A DNA stretch of 64,000 bases from positions 240,881-304,880 of the forward strand of contig CAVWMD010000027.1 of NCBI GenBank assembly GCA_963755895.1. The letters run 5' to 3'. Below, in pieces: positions 1 through 10,067 of the stretch (position 1 is the stretch's first letter; every line of letters begins with the position of its first letter). Position numbers and translations under genes: made by a program. The DNA is from an uncultured Alphaproteobacteria bacterium. GTDB taxonomy: Bacteria > Pseudomonadota > Alphaproteobacteria > Rhizobiales > Xanthobacteraceae. The notes under the pieces are model-generated. The model had not been told where the DNA came from and made no database searches. It was given only the letters and a program-made list of their open reading frames with translations.

Positions 1-54
1 TCCTTGGCTTGCGCCATTGCCGGGTTGGAGGGCATACCTTTAGGAGAAGCAACC

Positions 55-615
55 ATGCAGCTCGACAACAAAAAGATCGCTATCCTCGCCACCAATGGCT
101 TCGAACAGGCTGAACTCGAGGTTCCTCGGGACAAACTCACGGCGGCTGGAGCCACCGTCCACGTCGTTTCGCTTGAAGCCGGTGAAATCAAGGGCTGGGA
201 CAAGAAGGATTGGGGACGGCCCGTCAAGGTCGACAAGACATTGAGCCAGGTTTCCGCCGACGAGTATGATGCTGTGGTGCTGCCGGGCGGCCAGGTCAAT
301 CCGGACCTGCTGCGGGTTGAGCCCAAGGCGTTATCCTTCATCAAGGACATGTTCAACCAGAAGAAGATCGTCGCCGCGGTCTGCCATGCGCCATGGCTGT
401 TGATCGAGACCGGCATCGCCAAAGGCCGCAAGATGACGTCCTACAAGTCGATCAAAACCGACGTCGCCAATGCCGGTGCGAAATGGGAAGATTCGCAGGT
501 GGTGGTCGATAGCGGGGTCATTACATCCCGCAACCCCGGCGACCTCGAATCCTTCTGCACCAAGATCATAGAAGAGGTCGGCGAGGGCAAACACACCAGC
601 CGCAGCGCCGCCTGA
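55..615 (+). CDS. DJ-1/PfpI family protein (type 1 glutamine amidotransferase-like, YhbO/PfpI type)
   Basis: ORF 4..615. ATG at 55 follows the RBS aggagaag. Sequence KKIAILATNGFEQAELEVP...AAVCHAPWLL carries the nucleophile-elbow Cys-His typical of PfpI/DJ-1. Confidence 0.85.
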   Translation: MQLDNKKIAILATNGFEQAELEVPRDKLTAAGATVHVVSLEAGEIKGWDKKDWGRPVKVDKTLSQVSADEYDAVVLPGGQVNPDLLRVEPKALSFIKDMFNQKKIVAAVCHAPWLLIETGIAKGRKMTSYKSIKTDVANAGAKWEDSQVVVDSGVITSRNPGDLESFCTKIIEEVGEGKHTSRSAA

Positions 616-804
616 TATCTCGCTTCGTTTGGCAAAAGATTATCGGAGGCGCCGCGATCATATCGCGGTGCCTTGTCATTTTTCGGATTTTTTCGAAAGG
701 ACATCCCGCGTTTGGCCTGAAACGTCGTACCCGCAAGAAAGTTGCCGGACGCGCCAATCCAAATCACTCGATGTTGCGTCCAGCCCCTTTCATGCCGCTG
801 CGTC

Positions 805-1290
805 ATTTCTGATTTTCAGAAATTGTCCTTGACTCCTGACCCAAATCACCTGCTTATTGCTCGCCATCCCGTCCCGAGATGAGGGGACGTTGGCCATCGT
901 CACTGACGTTGGGGCGGGAAGCGGTGGACGCGGATGCTGCGACTGACGAGCGCGGCTGAAGCGTATGGCGAAGTCGTGTGGTCCTGACGCCCCAATGGCA
1001 GGTGTCAAGTTCGTGATGATGCTTCGCATCGCGCGGATGACGGTGACAAGCAAGCTCTGGTCTCACCGAGGAGAGCACGGAATAAGCTGTAAAACCATTG
1101 CGCAGGGAAGGCCGGACTGCTTCCGCTGAACCTGTATGCTCGTGTGCGCTTTTTTATGTGCATGTTTGCACACGAGATCGCGGGTGCAGCGCGCACCCGG
1201 TCTTCCCTGCGTCCTTTCTTTTTTGAGGGCGGATGAGTTTGCAAACCTCGGACAAATGCTGTCGCGAGAACGCGGAGTTGTGTCTGGTGA
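805..1290. repeat. Copy A of a roughly 490 bp mosaic intergenic repeat (inverted partner at about 15150..15655)
   Basis: By eye, 805-1290 aligns with the reverse complement of 15150-15655 at roughly 85-90% identity. For example, ccattgcgcagggaaggccggactgcttccgctgaacctgtatgctc matches the reverse complement of 15320-15366, and the tcgccatcccgtcccg...ttggccatcgtcactgacgttggggcgg block is also shared. Confidence 0.85.
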
Positions 1291-1291
1291 T

Positions 1292-1489
1292 CGTAGCCCG
1301 CATATCGCTTTGCTGATGCGGGCTACGGGCTGGATTGGTTCGCTCCGCTCGCAATGACGAAACCCACGTCGTCCCGGCCTCCGCGCCGGGACCCATAGGG
1401 CGAGGACTCGCGTTTTCGGCACTGGAGCAGATGCCTTCTTTTACCATCAGCGTTGGTGGCTATGGGTCCCGGCTCAAGGCCGGGACGAC
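1292..1489. repeat. Cluster of REP-like hairpin modules
   Basis: 11 bp stem gtagcccgcat/atgcgggctac (1292-1330). Half-copy of the cattgcgag...caatccag element (about 1328-1358). Paired inverted hairpins gtcgtcccggcc..ccgggacccatag (1368-1398) and ctatgggtcccggc..gccgggacgac (1460-1489). Confidence 0.8.
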
Positions 1490-1496
1490 AAGTGGT

Positions 1497-2534
1497 CTAC
1501 GCCGTCGCCTCGAGCCATTCGGCCGCACCCCGCCACAGGGTGTCGCGATGTTCGGGGCGGAAGAAACCGAGATGGCCGATTCCAGCGGCATCGGCATCGG
1601 CGGGCGCGATGGTCAGGATCTCTGGCTTGGTCGCGGTGAATCCGGAGCAGAGCAATTCGACCGCCGGCCGCGTTCCCCAGGGATCGTCGGACAGGCACAG
1701 CGCGCGCAGCGCGCCCTGGTACTTCGCAAAGTTCTGCAATGCGGCGAGATCAGGCTCGTCGAACAGATAGCGCGGGCTCATGACCCAGCGGGTCCATTGC
1801 TCGAACACGCCCTTCGGCAAATCCATCCCGATGCCGCCCCAACCCGGCGCATAGCCGAGCGCCCAAGTGAGCGGCGTGCCGAGGAAATTCATCATGGCGT
1901 AAACGCGATAGCGCTCCGGCGAGGCCATCAGCTTCCAGTGGGCAGCTTGCGCTGCGATCAACAGCGCGCGCGCGACTTCGCTGTTGTTGGCGAGCAGTCC
2001 GAGCGCCTGGCCGCCGAAGGAATGTCCGACGTAGGCCAGCGGCAGGTTCTTGTAACGCTGGCGCATCCAGGCCACCGCGGCGGTGACGTCGAGCGCGGCC
2101 CAGTCCGACATCGAGGCCTTGAAACCGACCAGCGATTTCACTTGATTGTAGCTGACCGGCGACTTCTGCCGGCTGCCACCGATGCCGCGGTAATCATAGG
2201 TCAGGACCGCGCAGCCGCGTCGCGCCAGATAACCGGCGAAGGCGCGGTAGACCTTGCGCGGCACGGCGGTGGCCGAATTGATCAGCACGGCGTGACGCTT
2301 GGCGCCAAGCGGCAAAAACAGCGTCGCGCCCAGCAAATATCCGTCCGTAGCGGGAAGACTGATGTCGTCGATGAAAAAATCGTCCAGCGCAGCCTCGGCC
2401 ACCGCGATAACCCCCATGCCGTCGCGACGGCCCAGCAGATGCGAATTCGGCTTTTGCCGCAAGGGTTTGTGTCGAAAGTCAGGAAACCGATAGCGGTCCG
2501 CCGTCAGCCTGTGTATAAACCGGCGCGCCGCCAT
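1497..2534 (-). CDS. alpha/beta hydrolase fold protein
   Basis: 345 aa ORF with the GHSFGG nucleophile elbow (GxSxG) and typical alpha/beta-hydrolase spacing. An internal Met at 2417 is an alternative start. Confidence 0.75.
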   Translation of the reverse strand: MAARRFIHRLTADRYRFPDFRHKPLRQKPNSHLLGRRDGMGVIAVAEAALDDFFIDDISLPATDGYLLGATLFLPLGAKRHAVLINSATAVPRKVYRAFAGYLARRGCAVLTYDYRGIGGSRQKSPVSYNQVKSLVGFKASMSDWAALDVTAAVAWMRQRYKNLPLAYVGHSFGGQALGLLANNSEVARALLIAAQAAHWKLMASPERYRVYAMMNFLGTPLTWALGYAPGWGGIGMDLPKGVFEQWTRWVMSPRYLFDEPDLAALQNFAKYQGALRALCLSDDPWGTRPAVELLCSGFTATKPEILTIAPADADAAGIGHLGFFRPEHRDTLWRGAAEWLEATA

Positions 2535-2573
2535 TTGCCCATAAGTAGCGGTTTTTGCTCAGGAGTTAACGTC

Positions 2574-3962
2574 ATGTCCGAGCGGTGGACCCCAGACAGC
2601 TGGCGCGCCAAGCCGGTCTTGCAGGTACCCGATTATCCCAACGCCAAAGCCTTGGCCGACGTCGAGGCGCAGCTTGCCACGTTTCCTCCGCTGGTTTTTG
2701 CAGGTGAGGCCCGCAATCTGAAGAAGGCGCTGGGGCGGGTCGCGGCGGGCGAAGCCTTCCTGTTGCAGGGCGGCGACTGCGCCGAGAGCTTCGCCGAGCA
2801 CGGTGCCAATAACATCCGCGACTTCTTCCGCGTGCTGTTGCAGATGGCCGTGGTGCTGACCTATGCCGGCGCGCTGCCGGTGGTGAAGGTCGGCCGCGTC
2901 GCCGGACAATTCGCCAAGCCGCGCTCGTCGCCGACCGAGACAATCAACGGCGTCGAGCTGCCGAGCTATCGCGGCGACATCGTCAACGACATCGCGTTCA
3001 CGGCTGAATCGCGCATCCCCGATCCGCAGCGCCAATTGATGGCGTACCGGCAGTCAGCGGCGACGCTCAATCTGTTGCGGGCGTTTGCGACCGGCGGTTT
3101 TGCCAACCTCGGCAGCGTGCATCAATGGATGCTCGGCTTTCTCAAGGATTTACCGCAGTCGCGCCGTTACCGCGAGTTGGCGGACCGCATTTCCGACGCA
3201 CTGAATTTCATGCGCGCCTGCGGCCTCGATCTGGAGAGCCATCCCGAATTGCGCGCCACCGATATCTACACCAGCCATGAGGCGCTACTGCTCGGCTATG
3301 AGCAGGCGTTCACGCGGGTCGATTCCACTACCGGCGACTGGTATGCGACCTCGGGCCACATGATCTGGATCGGCGACCGCACCCGCCAGCTCGATCACGG
3401 CCATGTCGAATATTTCCGTGGCATCAAGAATCCGATCGGCCTGAAATGCGGTCCTTCGCTGAAGCCCGATGAATTGCTCAAGCTGATCGACGTGCTCAAT
3501 CCGGACAACGAGCCGGGACGGCTGACGCTGATCAGCCGCTTCGGCGCGGATAAGGTCGGCGATCACCTGCCGGGCCAGATCCGCGCGGTGCAGCGCGAAG
3601 GCCGCGTCGTCGTCTGGTCCTGCGATCCGATGCACGGCAACACCATCACCGCCAACTCCGGCTACAAGACCCGGCCATTCGACCGCATCCTGTCGGAGGT
3701 CAAGTCGTTCTTCACCATCCACGCAGCGGAGGGCACCCATGCCGGCGGCGTTCACCTGGAAATGACCGGGCAGGATGTCACCGAATGCATCGGCGGAGCC
3801 CGCGCCATCACCCATGAGGATCTCAGCGACCGCTATCACACGGTATGCGACCCCCGTCTCAACGCCGAGCAATCAATCGACATGGCTTTCCTGATCGCCG
3901 AATTGCTCAAACAGGATCGCGGCAGCAAGCTCACGCCGATGCCGGTAGCGGCGGGACTCTGA
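2574..3962 (+). CDS. class II 3-deoxy-7-phosphoheptulonate (DAHP) synthase
   Basis: [23 protein letters not shown]...[11 protein letters not shown]...[15 protein letters not shown] is the class II DAHPS signature. The 875 aa track ORF is an upstream read-through; the real ATG is at 2574. Confidence 0.92.
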   Translation: MSERWTPDSWRAKPVLQVPDYPNAKALADVEAQLATFPPLVFAGEARNLKKALGRVAAGEAFLLQGGDCAESFAEHGANNIRDFFRVLLQMAVVLTYAGALPVVKVGRVAGQFAKPRSSPTETINGVELPSYRGDIVNDIAFTAESRIPDPQRQLMAYRQSAATLNLLRAFATGGFANLGSVHQWMLGFLKDLPQSRRYRELADRISDALNFMRACGLDLESHPELRATDIYTSHEALLLGYEQAFTRVDSTTGDWYATSGHMIWIGDRTRQLDHGHVEYFRGIKNPIGLKCGPSLKPDELLKLIDVLNPDNEPGRLTLISRFGADKVGDHLPGQIRAVQREGRVVVWSCDPMHGNTITANSGYKTRPFDRILSEVKSFFTIHAAEGTHAGGVHLEMTGQDVTECIGGARAITHEDLSDRYHTVCDPRLNAEQSIDMAFLIAELLKQDRGSKLTPMPVAAGL

Positions 3963-3963
3963 G

Positions 3964-4317
3964 TTGCTGAGGTTCTGGCGGGCGACGCTCAACTCACGGA
4001 ACGGCCTGGCCTTCGCGATCAGGTCGGAGCAGGCCATTCGCGAAGAACTGGTGGCGCTGGTGCTGGCGCTGCCGATGGCGTGGCTGGTCGGCGCCACCAT
4101 CATGCGGCGGATCGAATTGGTCGCCGCCGTCGTGCTGGTGCTGATCGTCGAGTTGCTCAACACCGCGATCGAGAAGCTCGCCGATCGCCTGACAACCGAG
4201 CACGATACGCAGATCGGGCGGGTCAAGGACATGGGCTCGGCCGCGGTGGGCGTGTCGCTGGTGATGGCGGGACTGTTCTGGATCTTGGCCATCGCCGAAC
4301 GCATGGGCGTGTTCTGA
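3964..4317 (+). CDS. dgkA: diacylglycerol kinase
   Basis: 117 aa, three predicted TM helices. ELLNTAIEKLADRLTTEHDTQIGRVKDMGSAAV matches the DgkA core. TTG start lies immediately after the DAHPS stop. Confidence 0.85.
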   Translation: MLRFWRATLNSRNGLAFAIRSEQAIREELVALVLALPMAWLVGATIMRRIELVAAVVLVLIVELLNTAIEKLADRLTTEHDTQIGRVKDMGSAAVGVSLVMAGLFWILAIAERMGVF

Positions 4318-4492
4318 GGGGCGGGGTCGCAATGCAGCGTTGCGATCCAAGGCGGCTGGATGGGACGATTTCGCCGGCAGGGCACCTAGCGCAGGTTTGG
4401 CGGGCATGCTATATTCGATTTGCTCGTTATGAGCATAATGCTACTTCCTCACGAGTAAGACTGCTTCCTCACGACATATCGAACGCGGCCCC

Positions 4493-6250
4493 ATGACAGA
4501 ACGCACCAACCAGTTCGCGATCACGCTCGCCCAACTCAATCCGACGGTGGGCGATGTCACCGGCAACGCCGCCAAGGCACGTGCCGCGCGCGTTCGCGCC
4601 GCGGCCGATGGCGCCGATCTCGTGGTGCTGTCGGAACTGTTCATTGCCGGCTATCCGCCGGAAGACCTGGTGTTGAAGCCGGCCTTTCAATCGGCCTGCC
4701 GCAGCGCCATCGAAGAGCTGGCGCGGGAAACCGCCGATGGCGGTCCGGCCGTGCTGATCGGCACGCCCTGGGTCGAGGACGGCAAGCTCTACAATGCCTG
4801 CGCGTTGCTCGATGGCGGGCGCATCGCGGCGATCCGTTACAAGTGCAATCTGCCGAATTACGGCGTGTTCGACGAAAAGCGGCTGTTCGCGCGCGGTCCC
4901 GCCGCGGGGCCGGTGACGATCCGCGGCATCCGGGTCGGCGTTCCCATCTGCGAGGACATCTGGCTCGAAGAGTCCGAGGAATATGAGAACGTCGTCGAAT
5001 GCCTCGCGGAGACCGGCGCCGAAATCCTCGTGGTGCCCAACGGCTCGCCTTACGCGCGCGACAAGAACGATGTGCGGCTGTCGGTCGCGGTGGCGCGGGT
5101 CACCGAGAGCGGGCTGCCGCTGATCTACCTCAATGAGGTCGGCGGCCAGGATGAGCTGGTGTTCGACGGCGCGTCGTTCGCGCTGAACGCCGATCTGTCG
5201 GTTGCGGCGCAGCTTCCGGCGTTCGAAGAGAACGTCACTACCTTGCGCTGGAATAGAACCGATTCCGGCTGGCGCTGCGCCGGGCCGGTGGCGCCGCTGC
5301 TCGACGGCGACAAAGGCGACTACGCCGCCTGCGTGCTCGGTCTGCGCGACTATGTCGGCAAAACCGGTTTTCCCGGCGTGTTGCTGGGCGTCTCCGGCGG
5401 CATCGACTCGGCGTTGTGCGCGGCGATCGCGGTCGATGCGCTCGGCGCCGATCGCGTTCGCGGCGTGATGCTGCCGTTTCGTTTCACCGCACAGGTCTCA
5501 CTCGACGACGCCGCCAAACTCGCCGGCGCCCTCGGCATCCGCTACGAGGTGCTGCCGATCGCAGACGCCGTGAACGGGTTCGAGAAAATTCTGTCCGGCA
5601 CCTTCGCAGGGTTGCCGCGCGACATCACCGAAGAGAATTTGCAGGCGCGCGCGCGCGGCACGCTGTTGATGGCGATCTCCAACAAGACTGGCGCGATGGT
5701 GGTCACCACCGGCAACAAGTCGGAAATGTCGGTGGGCTATGCCACGCTCTATGGCGACATGAACGGCGGCTTCAATCCGATCAAGGATATCTACAAGACC
5801 GAGGTGTTCCGGCTCTCGGCTTTGCGCAATTCATGGAAGCCGGACGGCGCGCTGGGCCCGTCAGGCGAAGTCATTCCGGTCAACATCATCACCCGGCCGC
5901 CCACCGCGGAGCTGCGTGAAAACCAGACCGATCAGGATTCGCTCCCGCCTTACGACATGCTCGATGCGATCCTGGAACGGCTGGTCGAACGCGAACAGCC
6001 GCTGGCCTCGATCGTGGCGGAAGGATTCGACCGCGAAGTGGTGGCGCGGATCGACCGCTTGCTCAATATCGCCGAGTACAAGCGGCGGCAGGCGGCGCCG
6101 GGCGTCAAGGTGACGCAAAAGAACTTCGGGCGCGACCGCCGCTATCCCATCACCAACCGGTTTCGCGACACCGGCAAGCCATTGCCGGAGCCCGACCACG
6201 CGCTGGTGTCACGCGCGAGAAGCGGATCGGCCGAGGCGTTCGAAGGATAG
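4493..6250 (+). CDS. nadE: glutamine-dependent NAD+ synthetase
   Basis: 585 aa. N-terminal nitrilase/CN-hydrolase domain (VVLSELFIAGYPPEDL, ICEDIW) plus C-terminal NAD synthetase domain with P-loop GVSGGIDSA. Confidence 0.93.
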   Translation: MTERTNQFAITLAQLNPTVGDVTGNAAKARAARVRAAADGADLVVLSELFIAGYPPEDLVLKPAFQSACRSAIEELARETADGGPAVLIGTPWVEDGKLYNACALLDGGRIAAIRYKCNLPNYGVFDEKRLFARGPAAGPVTIRGIRVGVPICEDIWLEESEEYENVVECLAETGAEILVVPNGSPYARDKNDVRLSVAVARVTESGLPLIYLNEVGGQDELVFDGASFALNADLSVAAQLPAFEENVTTLRWNRTDSGWRCAGPVAPLLDGDKGDYAACVLGLRDYVGKTGFPGVLLGVSGGIDSALCAAIAVDALGADRVRGVMLPFRFTAQVSLDDAAKLAGALGIRYEVLPIADAVNGFEKILSGTFAGLPRDITEENLQARARGTLLMAISNKTGAMVVTTGNKSEMSVGYATLYGDMNGGFNPIKDIYKTEVFRLSALRNSWKPDGALGPSGEVIPVNIITRPPTAELRENQTDQDSLPPYDMLDAILERLVEREQPLASIVAEGFDREVVARIDRLLNIAEYKRRQAAPGVKVTQKNFGRDRRYPITNRFRDTGKPLPEPDHALVSRARSGSAEAFEG

Positions 6251-6266
6251 ACCGATTCAGATTGGT

Positions 6267-7412
6267 TTAGCGGGCGGGGACAAAGGTCGGGCCGACCGAC
6301 CGGATCGAGCCGGGTGCCGTGGTCGGCGCCGTCGGGCCTGCGTTCGCGGAATCATCGGGCGCCGGCGTTGGCGTGGCCGCATTGGTGGCGGCAGGCGCGC
6401 CCTTCCTGGCCGTGGTGGGCGTCGGCTTGACCGGCGCGCGCGACATCTTCTTCGCGCTCTCCTCGGTGACGATGATGTCGCCCTGCTGTTCGGCGGCGTT
6501 CTTGTCGTCGGCGTCTTTCAACGCGTCCGACCAACTCTGGCCCGCTGCCTTGCAGGAACAGGATGGATTGAATTCCTGGCGGTAGCGAAATGCATTCGGC
6601 AATGCCGTGTAAGGCTGGCCGTTGATCGACACCGCCGAACTGATGTCCTCGCCGGGGTTGCGGTAGGTGAAGAGCGTGGCCTCGGACGCCGGACACAGCG
6701 CCTTGCAGCTCCTTTCGTCGTCCGGGAAACGCCCCGGCACCGTCGCAAACGAGATCGGAAAATAACCGCCGTCGCAGCTGCGGACGCAAACCGTGCGGTA
6801 GGTTCCGGATTGCGGTCCGACATCGCCGCCTGGCATGCCGGGCTGTCCGACGGGATTGCCGCCGCCGAACAAATTGTTGAGGAAATTGCCCGAGCCTTGC
6901 AGCGCGGCGGCGTATTGCGGGCCGCAATTATTCTGCGCCAGCGCCATCAGCACCGAGCGGCGCTGATTGTCGCGATCCGCGCTGCCAGCGCCGCGCAATT
7001 GTGCGAGGCTCGAATTGATCTGGTCCAGATTGCCCCGCATCTGCTGAATCTGGTTATTGACCGGGCCGCATTGCGCCGATTGGCCGGAGAACAGCGAGAA
7101 GAACCCGGAACTGTCGCAGCCCATTCGCTTGGCCTGCGACGTCACCCGATCGAGTTCGCCCTGCTGCTTGTTCGCGGCATCCTGATAGCGGCGGATTTGG
7201 TCGTCCTTGGCAGGATCGCCGCTGCTGCCGCCGCGATCAATGGTCGCCAATTGTCCTTCCAGACGCGGGCACATCGGATTGACCGGCGGCGCTGGCGCGC
7301 CTTGCACGGGCGGCGGCGCATTCGGGTTCATCTGCGCCCAGGCGTCAACGCCAGGCACTGCGACGCCGAGCAGGACAACGCAAGCGAGGATCCAACTGGA
7401 AAAGGGGCTCAT
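6267..7412 (-). CDS. DUF2865 domain-containing secreted protein
   Basis: The C-terminal TYRTVCVRSCDGGYFPISF...ALCPASEATLFTYRNPG motif is characteristic of DUF2865. A signal peptide starts at MSPFSSWILACVVLLG. Start chosen at the Met at 7412; the ORF extends to 7481. Confidence 0.75.
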   Translation of the reverse strand: MSPFSSWILACVVLLGVAVPGVDAWAQMNPNAPPPVQGAPAPPVNPMCPRLEGQLATIDRGGSSGDPAKDDQIRRYQDAANKQQGELDRVTSQAKRMGCDSSGFFSLFSGQSAQCGPVNNQIQQMRGNLDQINSSLAQLRGAGSADRDNQRRSVLMALAQNNCGPQYAAALQGSGNFLNNLFGGGNPVGQPGMPGGDVGPQSGTYRTVCVRSCDGGYFPISFATVPGRFPDDERSCKALCPASEATLFTYRNPGEDISSAVSINGQPYTALPNAFRYRQEFNPSCSCKAAGQSWSDALKDADDKNAAEQQGDIIVTEESAKKMSRAPVKPTPTTARKGAPAATNAATPTPAPDDSANAGPTAPTTAPGSIRSVGPTFVPAR

Positions 7413-7576
7413 CAGCGTTTCAGGCATATCCGGCCATTGGGAAATTTCGCGCAGGCTGGAAACCGACCAGAGCGCAGCCAACGCGGCTCCACATAGCCGC
7501 TTCTGACGGCAGCGTCACGTCGTTTCCGGGGCCCCGGTGTGGCAGGTGCCGGCCATACGTCGCAGGGCAGGCGGGC

Positions 7577-7882
7577 TCAGCGTTGACAGGTGATGGCGAC
7601 GTATTCGTCGCAACCGCCATGGCTGCAGTTGCCGCCGGATTTCGGAACCGAGCCCGTGATTTCCTCCGGATCGACGCGCCGGTAGGACGTCGCCTGGGCG
7701 AAGTCCCGCGACTGGCAATAAGACAATGCGGCGTGCGCGCCACATTTTTCGCCCTTGGCGAGGCACTGATCGACCCCGTAGCCATCGGCCTGGTTTTCAA
7801 CGATGAAAACGCGGCTATCTGCCCGAGCCGCCGACGCAGCAAGCAGGAACGCACAGGCCAATAGCGCTGGGATGGATCGCAT
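7577..7882 (-). CDS. small secreted Cys-rich hypothetical protein
   Basis: 101 aa with a clear signal peptide (MRSIPALLACAFLLAASAARA) and six Cys in the mature part. No recognised domain. Confidence 0.6.
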   Translation of the reverse strand: MRSIPALLACAFLLAASAARADSRVFIVENQADGYGVDQCLAKGEKCGAHAALSYCQSRDFAQATSYRRVDPEEITGSVPKSGGNCSHGGCDEYVAITCQR

Positions 7883-8159
7883 GCTGCACCGATGAGCGAG
7901 AGGATTACGGTCATTCGATACGCCAAAAACGTTAAGAATGATTAACCATGGCGGCAGCGGGTACCGGCGGATCGTGGCCGAAATCAGCCCCTATCGCCCC
8001 TTGACGCGATCCCCCTGGCTGCCGCATGGTGCCGCGATGTACGGTTTCCTCGCCATTTGCGGCATTTGCCGCGAGATTATGAGCTAGCGATTCGCTGGCT
8101 GAGGCCGTCTTTTCTCACACGAGATCACTGGACGCCCGGCCGCAAGGGACGGGATTTCC

Positions 8160-9555
8160 ATGGAACTACGCCTTCACGATACCTTGACCAAGGAAAAGCG
8201 CGCCTTCGTGCCGCTCGATCCCAGCAACGTGCGCATGTATGTCTGCGGGCCGACGGTCTACGACTTCGCCCATATCGGCAACGCGCGCCCGGTGATCGTG
8301 TTCGACGTGCTGTTCCGGCTGCTGCGGCATCTCTACGGCCCAACTCACGTCACCTACGTCCGCAACATCACCGACGTCGATGACAAGATCAATGACCGCG
8401 CCGCGCGCGATTTCCCTGGCCTGCCGCTGAACGAGGCGATCCGCAAGGTCACGGAAAAGACCGCGGCACAGTTCCATACCGATGTCGCGGCCCTCGGCTG
8501 CCTGCCGCCGACATTCGAGCCGCGCGCCACCGATTTCGTGCTGCCGCGCCCCGACGGCAAGGCCGACATGGTGACGTTGATCAAGCGATTGATCGCGCGC
8601 GGCCACGCTTACGAGGCCGGCGGCGAAGTGCTGTTCGACACCCAATCGATGGCGGACTACGGCGCGCTGTCCGGCCGCAGGCTCGATGAGCAACTGGCTG
8701 GCGCGCGCGTCGCCGTCGATGCCCACAAGAAAAACCCGGCCGATTTCGTGCTTGTGGAAGCAATCATCGGATGACGAGCCGGGCTGGGAAAGTCCGTGGG
8801 GCAGGGGACGTCCGGGCTGGCATATCGAGTGCTCGGCGATGAGTGCGGCCTATCTCGGCGACGTCTTCGACATCCATGGCGGCGGGCTCGACCTGATCTT
8901 CCCGCATCATGAAAACGAAATCGCGCAGTCGCGCTGCGCGCACGGCACACCGACGATGGCGAACTACTGGATGCACAACGGCTTCCTGCAGGTCGAGGGC
9001 GAGAAGATGTCGAAGAGTCTCGGCAATTTTTTCACCATCAACGAGGTGCTGGCGGATTGGCCGGGCGAAGTGTTGCGTCTCAACATGCTCAAGACGCATT
9101 ACCGCTCGCCGATCGACTGGACCTTGAAGGGATTGGAAGAGAGCGCGAAGACACTGGATGACTGGTATTGGGTCGCCGCCGACACCGAAGGCACGCGGGT
9201 CGCCGACACGGTTGTCGAGGCGCTCTCGGATGATCTGAACACGCCGCAGATGGTCGCAGCACTGCATGGCTTGCGGAATAATGCGGCTTCGGGAAACGAG
9301 CACGACCGTGACGCCTTCGCGGCTTCGTTGCGGCTGCTCGGCTTCCTGTCCGAGAGTTCGGCGGCGTGGAACGATCGCAAGCAAAAGGCCAGCGGCATCG
9401 ATGCCGGACAAATCGATGGCTTGATCGCGGACCGCACGGCGGCGCGCGCGCGAAAGGACTTTGGGGAAAGCGACCGCATCCGCGACCTGCTCGCGGCGAT
9501 GGGGATCGTGATCAAGGACTCCAAGGACGGCACCACCTGGGAGGTCGCTCGCTGA
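8160..9555 (+). pseudogene. cysS: cysteine--tRNA ligase, single +1 frameshift as assembled
   Basis: The N-terminal ORF 8160..8774 carries the HIGN motif ([10 protein letters not shown]). The C-terminal ORF 8686..9555 carries [20 protein letters not shown] and KMSKS. The frames join at gtg ctt g tgg aag (8748-8760): one extra base at about 8753/8754 turns ...[16 protein letters not shown]... into two ORFs. Confidence 0.9.
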
Positions 9556-10067
9556 TGGGACAGGCATTGCCCAAACCTGCTTTGCGGCCGTTTCTCGCGG
9601 CGGATACACCGGTGCTGGCGACGATCTTTGCCGCTGCCATCGAGGAGTTGACGGGCGAAGATTACAGCGAGGCGCAGCAGCAAGCGTGGGCGAGCGTTGC
9701 CGATGACGAAGAGCAGTTCGGCAAGCGGCTGGCCTCCGAACTCACGCTGATCGCCACGCTGCGGAATTCGCCGGTCGGCTTTGCTTCGTTGAAAGGCGCA
9801 GATCATATCGACATGCTCTATGTCCATCCGAGCGCTGCCGGGCAGGGCATAGCCTCGATGCTGTGCGACGCGCTGGAAAAACTCGCCGGCGCCCGCGGCG
9901 CCAAGAGTCTCACGGTCGATGCCAGCGACAATGCGCAGGCGCTGTTCGCCAAGCGCGGCTATGTTGCCAAGCAGCGCAACACCGTGACCCTCAATGGCGA
10001 ATGGCTTGCCAACACCACGATGCAGAAGAATTTGGCCGAGAGCGCCGCCCCGGGAGTACAGACATGA
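9555..10067 (+). CDS. GNAT family N-acetyltransferase
   Basis: The ATG at 9555 overlaps the cysS stop (ATGA). LYVHPSAAGQGIASMLCDALEKLA is the acetyl-CoA binding Q/RxxGxG/A motif. Confidence 0.8.
   Translation: MGQALPKPALRPFLAADTPVLATIFAAAIEELTGEDYSEAQQQAWASVADDEEQFGKRLASELTLIATLRNSPVGFASLKGADHIDMLYVHPSAAGQGIASMLCDALEKLAGARGAKSLTVDASDNAQALFAKRGYVAKQRNTVTLNGEWLANTTMQKNLAESAAPGVQT

Noticed and set aside
1335-3962. 875 aa ORF that would give DAHP synthase a roughly 410 aa N-terminal extension
   Set aside because: The upstream part is antisense to the well-supported alpha/beta hydrolase gene (1497-2534) and has Arg/Gly/Ala-rich high-GC off-frame composition. The conserved DAHPS N-terminus starts at ATG 2574.
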